A stretch of DNA of 64,000 nt from an uncultured Flavobacteriaceae bacterium (GTDB lineage Bacteria; Bacteroidota; Bacteroidia; Flavobacteriales; Flavobacteriaceae): NCBI GenBank assembly GCA_947494715.1, contig CANLWG010000009.1, positions 1,405 through 65,404 on the forward strand, written 5' to 3'. The notes beneath the pieces were generated by a model. That model was not told the DNA's origin. It did not search any database and worked only from the letters and a program-made list of their open reading frames with translations. Shown piece by piece: positions 19,046 through 30,528 of the stretch; the stretch's first letter is position 1; each line of letters begins with the position of its first letter. Both the position numbers and the translations under genes were made by a program.

Positions 19046-21049
19046 CTATTTATAACTCCTTGTCTTCACTTCTATATTCTCGTAAGTGAGTTCCTCTTTA
19101 TGCAATTTAGAATCTTTCGGTTCGCCTACATATTCCCAAGCAGCGGCATATTTAAAGTTCTTATCGTCCCGTAAGGCCTCACCCTCGGGAGTTTGGTACT
19201 CCTCCCGGAAATGTCCCCCACAAGATTCATTTCTATGCAAGGCATCTTTTGCAAAGAGTTCACCAAGCTCTAAAAAGTCGGCTACACGCCCTGCCTTTTC
19301 CAATTCTTGATTTTTATCATCAGGATTTCCGGTAATTTTTACGTTTTCCCAAAAATCCTTTCGTAATTCGGCAATTTCAGCAATGGCCTCTTTTAAATCC
19401 TTTTCATTTCGGGACATACCACATTTGTTCCACATAATTTTGCCCAACTTCTTGTGATAATAGTCCACGGAATGTAGTCCTTTGCCTGACATCAACTTTT
19501 CAATTTTTTCTCTAACCGCTTTTTCGGTGGCCTCAAATTCAGGTGCATCCGTGGGAATGGCACCTGTTCGGATATCATCGGAAAGATAATCTCCAATAGT
19601 ATATGGTAAAACAAAATACCCATCGGCCAAGCCCTGCATTAACGCGGATGCTCCCAATCTATTGGCACCATGGTCGCTAAAGTTGGCCTCTCCAGCACAA
19701 TAGCACCCAGGAATAGTAGTCTGTAGATTGTAATCTACCCAAAGTCCACCCATGGTATAGTGTACTGCCGGATAGATCATCATTGGAGTCTCGTATGGGT
19801 TTTGATCCACGATTTTTTCATACATCTGAAAAAGGTTACCGTATTTGGCTTCCACGATTTCCTTGCCCAATCTGCGAGTGGTTTCCTTGTCGGGATCTTT
19901 TATCCCTGAAGTAAAGGCTTTCTCTTTACCATAGCGCATGATGGCGGCCTCAAAATCGAGGTAAACAGCTTCACCTGTCTTGTTCACACCGTGACCGGCA
20001 TCGCAACGTTCCTTCGCAGCTCTTGAGGCAACATCGCGGGGAACCAGGTTTCCGAATGCAGGATACCGTCGCTCTAAGTAATAATCCCTATCCTCTTCTT
20101 TTAACTGGGTTGGCTTTAATTTACCTTCTCGTATGGCTTGTGCATCTTCCAAGCGTTTGGGCACCCAGATTCTACCATCATTTCGAAGGGATTCGGACAT
20201 CAAGGTCAATTTAGACTGGTGGTCTCCTGAAACGGGGATACAAGTCGGATGTATTTGTGTAAAACAGGGATTGGCGAAAAAAGCCCCTCGTTTATGGGCC
20301 TTCCATGCCGCTGTCACGTTGGCGCCCATTGCGTAGGTGGACAAAAAGAAGAGATTTCCATAACCCCCGCTAGCCAATACTACCGCATGCGCCGAATGTC
20401 GTTCAATCTCTCCGGTTACCAAGTCCCTTGCAATGATTCCACGTGCCTTTCCATCAACTAAAACCAAATCCAACATTTCATGTCGGGTATAGGATTTTAT
20501 CTTTCCTCTTTGAATTTGCCGGTTCATTGCGGCATAGGCACCTAATAACAATTGTTGTCCGGTCTGGCCCTTGGCATAAAAAGTACGGGATACCAACACG
20601 CCACCAAAGGAACGGTTATCCAAAAGCCCTCCGTACTCCCTGGCAAAAGGTACACCTTGGGCCACGCATTGGTCAATGATATTAGAAGACACTTCCGCCA
20701 ACCTATACACATTAGCCTCACGGGAACGATAATCGCCCCCTTTGACGGTATCATAAAAAAGGCGATATACGCTGTCGCCATCGCCTTGATAGTTTTTTGC
20801 TGCATTTACCCCACCTTGGGCCGCAATGGAATGGGCCCTTCTAGGAGAATCTTGATAACAGAAAGTCTTTACGTTATAACCTAGTTCTGCCAAGGTAGCC
20901 GCTGCAGAACCTCCCGCCAGACCTGTTCCTACCACAATAACATCTATATTTCGCTTATTCGCGGGGTTTACAAGGTCGATTTCATTTTTATGTTTGGCCC
21001 ATTTATCGGCCAATGGCCCCGATGGAATTTTAGAATCCAATACGCCCAT
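19046..21049 (-). CDS. sdhA: Succinate dehydrogenase/fumarate reductase flavoprotein subunit
   Basis: [31 protein letters not shown]. Confidence 0.97.
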   Translation of the reverse strand: MGVLDSKIPSGPLADKWAKHKNEIDLVNPANKRNIDVIVVGTGLAGGSAAATLAELGYNVKTFCYQDSPRRAHSIAAQGGVNAAKNYQGDGDSVYRLFYDTVKGGDYRSREANVYRLAEVSSNIIDQCVAQGVPFAREYGGLLDNRSFGGVLVSRTFYAKGQTGQQLLLGAYAAMNRQIQRGKIKSYTRHEMLDLVLVDGKARGIIARDLVTGEIERHSAHAVVLASGGYGNLFFLSTYAMGANVTAAWKAHKRGAFFANPCFTQIHPTCIPVSGDHQSKLTLMSESLRNDGRIWVPKRLEDAQAIREGKLKPTQLKEEDRDYYLERRYPAFGNLVPRDVASRAAKERCDAGHGVNKTGEAVYLDFEAAIMRYGKEKAFTSGIKDPDKETTRRLGKEIVEAKYGNLFQMYEKIVDQNPYETPMMIYPAVHYTMGGLWVDYNLQTTIPGCYCAGEANFSDHGANRLGASALMQGLADGYFVLPYTIGDYLSDDIRTGAIPTDAPEFEATEKAVREKIEKLMSGKGLHSVDYYHKKLGKIMWNKCGMSRNEKDLKEAIAEIAELRKDFWENVKITGNPDDKNQELEKAGRVADFLELGELFAKDALHRNESCGGHFREEYQTPEGEALRDDKNFKYAAAWEYVGEPKDSKLHKEELTYENIEVKTRSYK

Positions 21050-21051
21050 AA

Positions 21052-21720
21052 TTAATGTGTTATTGGGTTAAGGTGATGGTAGATAGCAATGAATGCAAAT
21101 GCTAAGGGAACGATCACCGCAAATAGTTTTGTAAAAGATTTCATGCCAGGAGTGTACTTATTGTTGACCCCCATACTTTGAAAAGATGAGGCAAAGCCAT
21201 GCCATAAGTGAAGGCTTAGCAGCACAAAAGAAACCACATAGAGGATAGTTCGCCAAAAAGGAGCAAATTTTTCTACGGTTTCTGCATAGTACCGAGTGGG
21301 ATCTTCGGGATTTGCCTCTACATACTTGTATGCCATTTCATGGATCCAAAAATCGTAAAAATGAAGACCTAGAAAAGCCAAAATCACTAAACCGGAATAA
21401 ATCATGTTCCGAGAGACCCAAGGTGCGTTGGCGCTACCTTTGTATTTCACATAGCCTATGCCACGGGCCGCCTTGTTTTGCAACTCTAGGACAAACCCCA
21501 TAACAAAATGGACAATGACCCCGGCGATTAAAATGGGTTGCATAATAAATTGTACCAACGGATTATATCCCATAAAATGGGAAGCTTCATTAAAAAACTC
21601 CGGAGAAATAACAGAGGCGAGGTTGATGGTGACATGCAATACTAAAAAAATCACTAAAAATAGACCCGAAAGAGCCATCACAACTTTTCGGGCAATTGAA
21701 GACTTTATCAATCCACTCAT
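21052..21720 (-). CDS. sdhC: Succinate dehydrogenase cytochrome b subunit
   Basis: Five TM helices with His ligands (LHVTIN, VHF, LHF, HLWHG); first gene of sdhCAB. Confidence 0.93.
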   Translation of the reverse strand: MSGLIKSSIARKVVMALSGLFLVIFLVLHVTINLASVISPEFFNEASHFMGYNPLVQFIMQPILIAGVIVHFVMGFVLELQNKAARGIGYVKYKGSANAPWVSRNMIYSGLVILAFLGLHFYDFWIHEMAYKYVEANPEDPTRYYAETVEKFAPFWRTILYVVSFVLLSLHLWHGFASSFQSMGVNNKYTPGMKSFTKLFAVIVPLAFAFIAIYHHLNPITH

Positions 21721-21985
21721 TAGTAGCTGGTTTTAACCACAAATTTAGGATACGGGTGAGTTATTAACAAGTTTTAAGAAGGTTTAGTATGGTATTTAGA
21801 CACATTTTGATCAAAGGGAAAATAGTGTGGAATGCTAAGCCTTAAAATGAGGCTGATTTCATAAATAGATTAAACAATTTTTAGGATTCTCTAGCATAGC
21901 GAGAAGAATGTTAGGAATGAATTAGTGGAAATCTTTTTTTTGCCCGATATTACAATCCTGAACACAATACCATACGATTCTTAAA

Positions 21986-22876
21986 ATGGACATTGGACTT
22001 CTTTCCGTCAGCATGAACGTCTATTCAACGAAACGAATAGCCGAGGAGGCGGAAAAGCTTGGACATTACATTGAACTTATCGATCACACCAAATGTTCGG
22101 TAAAATTAGGGTCGGGCAAACCCCAAATTTATTTGCGCGATGAAAACATTACGCAGGAATTCCATGCCGTTATACCTCGGATCGGGGCGAAAGTAACCCG
22201 TCATGGAGCGGCTATAGTAAAACAATTTGAAATGAACGGGGTGTTTAGTACAGCTCGCTCCTTGGGCATTACAAGAGCCAGAAACAAAGTGCGAACGCTA
22301 CAAATAATGACCAGAAAAGGCATCCCCATACCGGAAACCTTATTTTCCATAAATCCGGATAACATAGAGGAACAGATTAAAATTTTGGGAGGTACCCCCG
22401 TCATCATCAAACTACAAGAAGGCACGCAAGGTTTGGGAGTGATTTTGGCGGAGACCAAGAAATCTGCCAAATCCATTATCGATACTTTTTATAAAATGGA
22501 TACCAGTATCCTTATCCAAAAATATATTGAGGAATCCAATGGCGAGGACATACGGATTATTGTGGTGGGCAACAAAATAGTGGCTGCTATGAAACGAACC
22601 AGTGAAGTCGGTGAATTCCGATCTAATGTGCACCGTGGTGGCACTACGGAATCTGTTAAACCTACGGCAAAGGAACAATTCATTGCTTTAAACGCTGCTA
22701 AACATTTAGGACTTGGGGTTGCCGGAGTGGATTTGATCCGTTCCAAAAAAGGGCCCTTGTTGATTGAGGTGAATGCATCTCCTGGATTACGGGGCATAGA
22801 GGCCGCTACTGGGATCAACGTTGCACGGGAAATCATTTTATTTGTTGAGAAAAATGGACGTAGAAGAAGGAAATAG
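21986..22876 (+). CDS. rimK: RimK family alpha-L-glutamate ligase (ATP-grasp)
   Basis: IPRIG, ARNKVRTLQ, EGTQGLGV, FRSNVHRGG, IEVNASPG. Confidence 0.88.
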   Translation: MDIGLLSVSMNVYSTKRIAEEAEKLGHYIELIDHTKCSVKLGSGKPQIYLRDENITQEFHAVIPRIGAKVTRHGAAIVKQFEMNGVFSTARSLGITRARNKVRTLQIMTRKGIPIPETLFSINPDNIEEQIKILGGTPVIIKLQEGTQGLGVILAETKKSAKSIIDTFYKMDTSILIQKYIEESNGEDIRIIVVGNKIVAAMKRTSEVGEFRSNVHRGGTTESVKPTAKEQFIALNAAKHLGLGVAGVDLIRSKKGPLLIEVNASPGLRGIEAATGINVAREIILFVEKNGRRRRK

Positions 22877-22955
22877 ATGGGTTGTATCTAGAGATTTTCG
22901 AACTGTTCGAAAGTTATGTGGAAATTAAAAACCGGGTCGATTTGATAATTTTGAA

Positions 22956-23004
22956 CCAAAATCCAAAATCCAAAATCCAAAACCTGAAACTTGGAACCTG
23001 AAAC
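22956..23004 (+). repeat. Tandem heptad array (7 x 7 nt)
   Basis: ccaaaat ccaaaat ccaaaat ccaaaac ctgaaac ttggaac ctgaaac. Confidence 0.85.
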
Positions 23005-23962
23005 TAACAAAACAATAACCATAGGCGGTGAGACCGTTGTTCCCGGGGAGAGCAAACTTTTAAGAATACGTATTGATCGACTGCCCACTGGAACCCTGAT
23101 CGATATTCCCATATATGTCTTCAATGCCAAAAAACCTGGCCCTGTGCTGTTGGTACAAGCTGGGCTCCATGGAGATGAAATCAATGGTATTGAAATTGTT
23201 AGGCGAATGCTTAAGCAGAAGGAGCTTAAAGTCAAAAAGGGTGCGGTCATCGCCGTACCTATTCTCAACATTTTTGGTTTCATCCATTTTTCCAGGGATG
23301 TTCCGGATGGAAAGGATGTAAACCGAAGCTTTCCAGGAACAAAAACAGGATCAATGGCCAGTAGGATAGCCTATCATTATGTCACTGAGATTATGAACCA
23401 AATGGATTTTGCCATAGACCTCCATACTGGAGGTGCCCAACGGCACAATTTCCCACAGATCCGATTTACCGAAGAGGATGAAAAAAGCAAAGGTTTAGCA
23501 GAGATCTTTAATGCGCCCATTTCTTTTGCGTCACGATTGATCAAAGGGTCGTTTCGAAATGCCGCTTATCGTATGGGGAAACCTACCATTGTTTTTGAGG
23601 CCGGGGAAAGTATGCGTTTTGATGATTATGCTATTTTGGAAGGTATGCAGGGCATCTTAAATGTGTTAAAATACTTCGGGATGATAACCAAAAAAGACCC
23701 CCTCTTTGTGGAACGCAAGGAAACCATTTTTCTTAAGGACCGAAAATGGCTGAGAGCACCCACGGCCGGAATGTTCATTCCGGAGATTGTCAATGGTAGT
23801 GAGTTGAAAATGGGACAATTAATGGGAATCGTAACGGATACCTATGCCAAACATACGAAGCGGATAAAGGCCCCTTTTGATGGATATGTCATTAGCGTTA
23901 ATCATCAGGCAGTGGTCAATCAAGGCGATGCCTTGTTTCATTTGGGGAAAGAAATTTCCTAA
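22991..23962 (+). CDS. Succinylglutamate desuccinylase/aspartoacylase family protein (M14-like), TTG start
   Basis: GLHGDEING, DVNRSFPG, IDLHTGG, FEAG; in-frame TGA at 22985 limits the start. Confidence 0.9.
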   Translation: MEPETNKTITIGGETVVPGESKLLRIRIDRLPTGTLIDIPIYVFNAKKPGPVLLVQAGLHGDEINGIEIVRRMLKQKELKVKKGAVIAVPILNIFGFIHFSRDVPDGKDVNRSFPGTKTGSMASRIAYHYVTEIMNQMDFAIDLHTGGAQRHNFPQIRFTEEDEKSKGLAEIFNAPISFASRLIKGSFRNAAYRMGKPTIVFEAGESMRFDDYAILEGMQGILNVLKYFGMITKKDPLFVERKETIFLKDRKWLRAPTAGMFIPEIVNGSELKMGQLMGIVTDTYAKHTKRIKAPFDGYVISVNHQAVVNQGDALFHLGKEIS

Positions 23963-24037
23963 CTCCTTGCATTGCATTTGTATAAAAAACCGGAAACGAG
24001 CGCTGTGGTTTGAATGAAAAAGAAAACCTCTTCGACC

Positions 24038-25697
24038 CTATTTTCCAATCGGACTTACCTTAATCGGATGAATGACATATTTCTTTAGGGCAAGTTCGAT
24101 TCCTTCCAAGAGCTGTTTTCCTTTATAGTTTGTAGATGAACCATTGGTCAGATCTTTCACCTCGTAGGCGTCATTTGCATTTACGGTAAACCATTCCGGG
24201 AACTGGTTGATCCGTGGCCAATCAACAGGCATTTGCATTATAATATGGTGCCTGGGCGCATCAAATTTCAGTATCCCTTGCCAATCTTCATCTGCCTTAA
24301 TGCTTAGGATTATCCCATCATCGCTGTCTACTGCCCCTAATTTTATGTCCGATCGCCATGGTTGGATTGTGGCACCTTGGCTTTTCCATAGGCAATACAT
24401 TATTGTGGTACGAGCAAAATTACCATCTCCGTGCCAACCTTCGATAATCCCTGAACCTTTCCATTTTTGGGCATTTTTCCGGTGACTAGAATCTTGTAGA
24501 GACCACATGACCTGAATTTCACTCTCGATCCAATCCCTTGTAGATGAAAGGGGTTCTCTTGCATATAAATTTAAGGCTCCCTCAATGGCATCGGCATATC
24601 CATCGGATGATCCGCGTTCCCAATCATAATTTCGGTATTTTTGATCGAGTACTGCAAGAGCCTTTATGGTGGCCTCCTTATAGGCCTCAACGGAATCTAT
24701 TTGAAACACTGTATAAAAACCATTTAGGGTATACCCAAAATTGTCCGCTGTTCCTTCCCATTTTACGGTTCCGTTTTTAGGATCAACAGCATTGTAAAAA
24801 AGGCCGTCATCATTTCGGCCTACAGCCAAAATCCGGTTTAGCATCTCATGTATATGGGGTTGGTAAGCCTCTTTTTTCAGGAGCCGCCATGCTTAATGTT
24901 GCATAGAGCTCGCATAATCCGGATACAATTTCACAACCATGATCTCGGAGCCTGAGAACCTCAAAATTTCGAGTAGGATGATGGTCTCCGAATACATAAT
25001 AATCTCCCAGGCGCGTAGCCCACTCTAGATATTTCTCCTCTCCGGTCATCCAATACACTCGGGAAAGCACCTGCAACATTTCTCCATTCAATTCTACATT
25101 GGTAGAAGGAATGTTTCCATAGGCAGTCTTGGTCGGTGCATATTTCCAGATATCATCCAAAATAGCGATCATCCTATCCGACCAAGGACTTGGGCCTAAC
25201 CATTCAGTAAGCGGTAAAAGTCCATCTTTTATATACTCTGAAGACCCGAACAATAAATTGTGCAGGTCATATTCTTGGGTCTCAAACCCCTTTTTGCTAA
25301 ACGAATACGTGTCGGGAAGATTCCCAAGACGTGAAGTCAATCTGGTCTCCGTATGCAACATGTCTAGCATCCGCTCTTGGAAAAGGTTTGAATCTGTTAA
25401 GGCCGCTGTCAACACCATAAATGGATAGTTATCCGCAGCCGAATCTTGGGCATTCCAGATATCCAAACTTTCATCCAGATTTCTGGGAATGAGTCCGGTA
25501 GTAGTGTCTGCCTTGGCCAGCCAATCTGTAACAAACCGTTGGCAACGTTGAAGACCTTCATTTGCCAAATCGCCATTGATTTCTGCTTGCTTAAGTGCCA
25601 GACTATCCACTTTGGATAAGTTTCCATGGTTTTGGGAGGGATGTGAACAGGACACCATTAGAATAATGTTGAAGCAAAAGACAAAGTGATTTCTCAT
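24038..25697 (-). pseudogene. Lipoprotein of unknown function (~552 aa if joined) split by a frameshift in an A6 tract at 24872-24877
   Basis: ORFs 24846-25715 and 24038-24844 join as ...APEK(K)EAYQPHIHEMLNRILAVG... with A5 or A8; lipobox VSC in the upstream part. Confidence 0.8.
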
Positions 25698-25718
25698 TAT
25701 AGTTCCATTTGGCATATA

Positions 25719-27605
25719 CTATTCAATGGTCTCCCCGCAATTGATCAAGGTTTGGTCCAAGGCCATTCCAATAAACATGGGATAGGACCAATTTTTATAC
25801 CTGCCCCAAACCTCACCGGCTATTTTTGGAAATACTTTTTCTTTTATTAGCGGGACCAATGGGGCAGCCTTTTCTCCCAAGTTTCTCACATTTACGGCAA
25901 CATGAAGCAGCACTGTTTCATTTTCTGGATGTTGAAGTAAATCCTCCAAGACCTGGAACGCTTCTTCTGAACGATTTAGCTTGTTGATCAAAATTTCTGC
26001 TGCCAATCCCCGATTGGGTTGAGAAGAATCATCCAATGCATCCAATACATTTTCCTTTTGTGAGCTTATATCCCCCTCAAAAGCGTCTATAGCGTTTAGT
26101 GCCCAAAACCGAACTGATGGATCTTCATTTTGAAAGTACTTTTCCAATACATCTAGGTTCTGTATTTTGCCTACCAATTCAGCAGCTTCCAATACACGTT
26201 CCGGCTGGTATTGGCTGGTATCCCTTGCCATTTCATAGACCGAACTATTTTCACCTGAGATCATCATTTGGCCCTCCGCCATAAATCCGGTATCCTTTGT
26301 TTCAATGGTATGGTCTTTTATCTTTTCATGAAGTTTGTTTTTAACTTCCTCATATTGGGGATCATTGATCAGGTTGTGCAATTCATTTGGATCCTGTTGT
26401 AAGTCATATAGTTCCTCGGGAGCTTTTGGTTTGAACATTTTTAAGGATTCTTCCGAGAGTTCCCCTAAGTTCTTTACTCGAAACAGCTCGTCATATGACC
26501 TTTTCCCTGTATTGAATATCTGTGCATTTTGAATGTATGGTCTATGTGGTAAATAATTTCGGATATATAAATATCTGCCATCAAAAATTGACCTACTGAC
26601 ATCAAAGACATCATCCGCCCTGTCCCGATAGCCAAAGATGTATTCCTTATTTTGGGCATTTGGGCCCAAAAAATTCTTTCCTTCCATAATTGGAGGAGTT
26701 TCTGCTCCGACAAGACCTAACACGGTCGGCGCAAAATCTACAAAGCCTACCATTGTCTCTACATTTCCAGAATTAAGATTGGAAACCAAATGCTTGTATT
26801 TCTTCGGGGTATGTAAAACAAAAGGTACGCGCAGCCCTGTATCGTATAACCATCTTTTATAGCGGGGTAACCCAAAACCATGGTCCGAGAATACAAAAAT
26901 GATAGTATTTTCATAAAGCCCATCTTCTTTAAGTTGTTCAATTAGCTTGCCCACTTCTTGATCAAAAACGCTGATGAGATCATACTGGTGTGCTATTATT
27001 TTTCGGAATTCCTGGGTATTCGGGAAGTAGGGTGGAACTATCATATCCCTTGGGTCACGCTTCTTTTTCAAAGATTTTGTATCATCAGGATTGTATTTGT
27101 TGGCATGGCCTTCGTGGGTAATCCCGAAATTGAAGACACTAAAGAAGGGTCGTTTATCCTCTCTGTTTCTCCAATGCGCTTGGTTCCCCAAGTCGTCCCA
27201 TTTGCCATCAGGACTAAAATTATAGTCCGTTTTGGAGTTATTGGAGGTGAAATAACCTTTTTCTGACACGAGTTGGGGAAGGATTTTTAGATCTGCCGGC
27301 ATCGGGATGGCAGACCTTAAATTTTGTGTGCCTGTGCTGGTAGCATACATGCCCGTAATCAAGGTTGCCCTTGCCGGAGCACATATGGGAGCATTGGAAA
27401 AGGCTTGGGTAAAAACATAACCTTGGCTTGCCAACGCATCTATGTTAGGTGTCGTCGCCATGCTATCCCCATAACAACCCCAAGCGGGGCTAATGTCTTC
27501 CGTAGATATCCATAAGATATTAGGTGGATTTATCGGCTCCTTTTCGCCTTGTTTACAAGAGGGAAAAAGACCAACAACTATAAGGCTTAATAAAAGAACT
27601 CTCAT
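25719..27605 (-). CDS. Formylglycine-dependent sulfatase (Cys-type), lipoprotein, with C-terminal HEAT-like repeats
   Basis: NILWISTED, CAPARATLITG (CxPxR), FSDHG, ELYDLQQDP; C-term DPSVRFWALNAI. Confidence 0.93.
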   Translation of the reverse strand: MRVLLLSLIVVGLFPSCKQGEKEPINPPNILWISTEDISPAWGCYGDSMATTPNIDALASQGYVFTQAFSNAPICAPARATLITGMYATSTGTQNLRSAIPMPADLKILPQLVSEKGYFTSNNSKTDYNFSPDGKWDDLGNQAHWRNREDKRPFFSVFNFGITHEGHANKYNPDDTKSLKKKRDPRDMIVPPYFPNTQEFRKIIAHQYDLISVFDQEVGKLIEQLKEDGLYENTIIFVFSDHGFGLPRYKRWLYDTGLRVPFVLHTPKKYKHLVSNLNSGNVETMVGFVDFAPTVLGLVGAETPPIMEGKNFLGPNAQNKEYIFGYRDRADDVFDVSRSIFDGRYLYIRNYLPHRPYIQNAQIFNTGKRSYDELFRVKNLGELSEESLKMFKPKAPEELYDLQQDPNELHNLINDPQYEEVKNKLHEKIKDHTIETKDTGFMAEGQMMISGENSSVYEMARDTSQYQPERVLEAAELVGKIQNLDVLEKYFQNEDPSVRFWALNAIDAFEGDISSQKENVLDALDDSSQPNRGLAAEILINKLNRSEEAFQVLEDLLQHPENETVLLHVAVNVRNLGEKAAPLVPLIKEKVFPKIAGEVWGRYKNWSYPMFIGMALDQTLINCGETIE

Positions 27606-27720
27606 AGATCGGTATGGTTTGGAACAAGATACGAATAACCTGAATATCGGATGGTTGATTGTTCTTTATTGGAGGGTATAAAAAATCGCTCATGGGAGTT
27701 AAGCCATGAACGAGATTCTT

Positions 27721-28263
27721 TTATAAAAAATTGAATCGAATATGTTTTGATTTTTTCTCTTTCCTAAGGCGAATATCATATTTGCCCTTAAGGGATTTTC
27801 CATTTCTATATTTCACGGAATAGTTCGATTTTTCAAAACCCCATCCTGGATATTTTCTAGCAATTTTTTGACTTAGTTTTAACGGGATTTTTAAATTTTT
27901 ATACTGTTCAACGCTACTTATAATGTTTCCTAGATGGTCATATTTAATATATAATGTGGAATATGTGGACCTAATGACCACGTCGTATTTTGATTTTTCG
28001 CTTTTATCATAAATGGCCAAAGAACTGAGATTAAAATTAGCTGCTTCCCGCTGTAGTCTATCTATTTCCAATGGCCGTTCATTTTGGGCATTTCTCTTTA
28101 GATAATCATAGTTTCTAATTTTTTTCTCTGTTATTGATCTTGAGGGCGTGTTTGTTTTTGTTGTACGATTATAGGATGCAACTGGCTGAGCCTCTTGCCC
28201 TTTACTTATTTGCATATTTAGTATAGTACAAAGAAAAACCGATGAAAAAATTATACTTTTCAT
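27721..28263 (-). CDS. Secreted hypothetical protein (Flavobacteriaceae family with a small repeat-like beta domain)
   Basis: Signal peptide; NYDYL, YDHLGNIISSVEQYKN, KYPGW pattern. Confidence 0.7.
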   Translation of the reverse strand: MKSIIFSSVFLCTILNMQISKGQEAQPVASYNRTTKTNTPSRSITEKKIRNYDYLKRNAQNERPLEIDRLQREAANFNLSSLAIYDKSEKSKYDVVIRSTYSTLYIKYDHLGNIISSVEQYKNLKIPLKLSQKIARKYPGWGFEKSNYSVKYRNGKSLKGKYDIRLRKEKKSKHIRFNFL

Positions 28264-28298
28264 AATTTTTGATTTTTAGATTACTTGCTTTTAGTGGT

Positions 28299-29420
28299 CT
28301 ATTCTCTTCCAAGAATTTGCTTTCCTGTGAATTCATATTGATTCCATTTGGGTAGTGGGTGAAACTGCGATGCCTGAACATCCCTAAATAATCTTTCAAG
28401 AGGATGTAGTTTATAAAAACTCTGGCCTCCAACAATTTCCATGGCCAGGCTTACTGTCTCTCTTGCCAAATCCGAAACATTGGTTTTATAGGCTAACATA
28501 TTCGCTGTATGTAGTTCCGAAGGTCTAAAATCCAGGTTGCTGGTCAGCTCCAGCATAGCCTTCCATTGTGCTTGCCCCGAAAGCAAAGTGTTATGCAACT
28601 GACCAATACTATAGATTGAATGTTGCTGTCTGTTTTGCTGTGCACTTTTTATGGCTATTTCATGAGCATCTTGAGCTATGCCCATGTAAGCGGACATAAT
28701 CAGGGGCATGGCCACGGTCAGGACAATGTTCCATACGGGGTGAAATTCATTTTGTTTTCGTGTCAAGGCAATGGCATCTTCCGGGATGAAGACTTTATCA
28801 AAGAAAATGGTTTGGGATCCCGTGGCTCGCATGCCCATAACATCCCAGTCGTCCATAAGGGATACCCCACTTTGTTTTAATGGAACCGAAAAGTGTAATA
28901 CAGAGTTGTTCCCTTTCGGATTTTTGAAAATAGAACTTGTAACGGCAATGTCACCAACAACAGATTGACTGGCGAAGTGCTTTTTGGCCGAAAACGAATA
29001 GCCTCCATCAAGTTTTGTAAGCTCTCCATTGGATCCCAACCAATCTTTGGCCCCGGTACTTACCAAAACGAACTGGCTTTCAGCTATTTTTGCAAGTGTT
29101 TTCGCCCCTTCATTTTTGTGCTTGTATTTCCATACCGCAGCTGCCACCAAATGTTGGTGCATAGAAAATGCCAATGCAGTAGAGCCGCAATAACTTCCAA
29201 TGACCCTTATAATGTTGCACATTTCAGAATATGAAACTCCTCCTCCACCCAATTCTATGGGAATTAGTGCGGAGAAATAACTTCCTGATTTTAAAAGCGC
29301 ATAATTTTCATGGACGAATGTGCCATTGGCATCATGCTCCATTGCTTTTTCAGTAAATGCTTTTCCCAGTTCATGGGCTTGTAGAATCCAATTTTTTGTT
29401 TGTGGTGTTTTTGTTTCCAT
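28299..29420 (-). CDS. Acyl-CoA dehydrogenase family protein
   Basis: IPIELGGGG, STALAFSMH, GMRATGS, LERLFRDVQA. Confidence 0.9.
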   Translation of the reverse strand: METKTPQTKNWILQAHELGKAFTEKAMEHDANGTFVHENYALLKSGSYFSALIPIELGGGGVSYSEMCNIIRVIGSYCGSTALAFSMHQHLVAAAVWKYKHKNEGAKTLAKIAESQFVLVSTGAKDWLGSNGELTKLDGGYSFSAKKHFASQSVVGDIAVTSSIFKNPKGNNSVLHFSVPLKQSGVSLMDDWDVMGMRATGSQTIFFDKVFIPEDAIALTRKQNEFHPVWNIVLTVAMPLIMSAYMGIAQDAHEIAIKSAQQNRQQHSIYSIGQLHNTLLSGQAQWKAMLELTSNLDFRPSELHTANMLAYKTNVSDLARETVSLAMEIVGGQSFYKLHPLERLFRDVQASQFHPLPKWNQYEFTGKQILGRE

Positions 29421-29540
29421 GGTATTGTAATTTGTTTACCATGCAAAATTGGACCAACTTTTCCAGGTGTAGTTTTCTCAGAAGGTCAAATGATTTGTTC
29501 TGAAGTTCAGCCTAACCTGTTGAAAAAGAACAATATATTG

Positions 29541-30404
29541 TTATTTGTTTTTTGCAGAACGAAACTGCTGTGGAGGAAGGTTATATTTTTCCTTAAACGT
29601 CTTGTTGAAGTGTGATGGGTTTTTGAACCCACTTTCATAACAGATTTCATTTATCGTAAGCGAGGAACGGGTAAGCAATGCTTTTGCACATTCCAAACGC
29701 CTGTTCTTGATCCAATTTCCCGGAGTCTCTTTGAAGTGTTCATTAAAGTCCCTTTTGAAAGTGGATAGGCTTCTACCACATAGTCTTGCGAATTCATCCA
29801 AGCTAAGATTATGTTGAAAATTTTTAAGCATTGTATATTCCAAGTCTGTTTTTTCGGTTTCCAGAAGAGAGTTCAGATACTTGGCCAATGGTCTATTCCT
29901 TGGGTTTAAAATAATATTGAACAGCAATTCCCTAAATTTTATTTCCACCAAACTTTTGGGAACACCTCCGCTTTGTTTAAAGTAGTTAAAGACACTATAG
30001 ATCAAGGAACTAAAAGTGTCATTGACATCAATTTCGAAAATCTGGCCATATTCATTTTTCTCCGATGGAAATTGTAGCGAAGGATGCTCCTTAAGAAAAT
30101 TGATGATGAAGTCATCGTTGATAAAAAAAAGTATTACACAAAAATCTACCTCAAAATGTTGTCTCGTTGTATAAATACCCTTTCTTACAAATAAGGCGTC
30201 CCCACCTTCTATATGGTATGTTTTACTGGGGGCAATCCAATCCTTCTTTCCACTTATTACATAGTTAATGATATGCGAATCCGTGAACAATTGGAATTTT
30301 TCAATATCGATGGGACACTTATATTCAACAAAAAGGTAATTGTCACCTACAAGTTTGTTGAAGTTTGGATTGTTCCTGAAGTATTGTTGAATATCGACTA
30401 TCAC
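29541..30404 (-). CDS. AraC family transcriptional regulator
   Basis: LCGRSLSTFKRDF, SGFKNPSHFNKTFK. Confidence 0.93.
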   Translation of the reverse strand: MIVDIQQYFRNNPNFNKLVGDNYLFVEYKCPIDIEKFQLFTDSHIINYVISGKKDWIAPSKTYHIEGGDALFVRKGIYTTRQHFEVDFCVILFFINDDFIINFLKEHPSLQFPSEKNEYGQIFEIDVNDTFSSLIYSVFNYFKQSGGVPKSLVEIKFRELLFNIILNPRNRPLAKYLNSLLETEKTDLEYTMLKNFQHNLSLDEFARLCGRSLSTFKRDFNEHFKETPGNWIKNRRLECAKALLTRSSLTINEICYESGFKNPSHFNKTFKEKYNLPPQQFRSAKNK

Positions 30405-30528
30405 ATTTAAAAATACGAAATATTCGGAAGTCGAGTTTCATAAAAGTTATGAAACCTAATTGTAACACGGATTTTGGACCTTTAGACTGAGGGTAATCTA
30501 AAGGGTTTTCAGCACACTCAGATATCGG

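Noticed and set aside
30435-30455. Perfect 9-bp hairpin gtttcataa-aag-ttatgaaac
   Set aside because: AT-rich with no U-tract; cannot tell operator from terminator from chance
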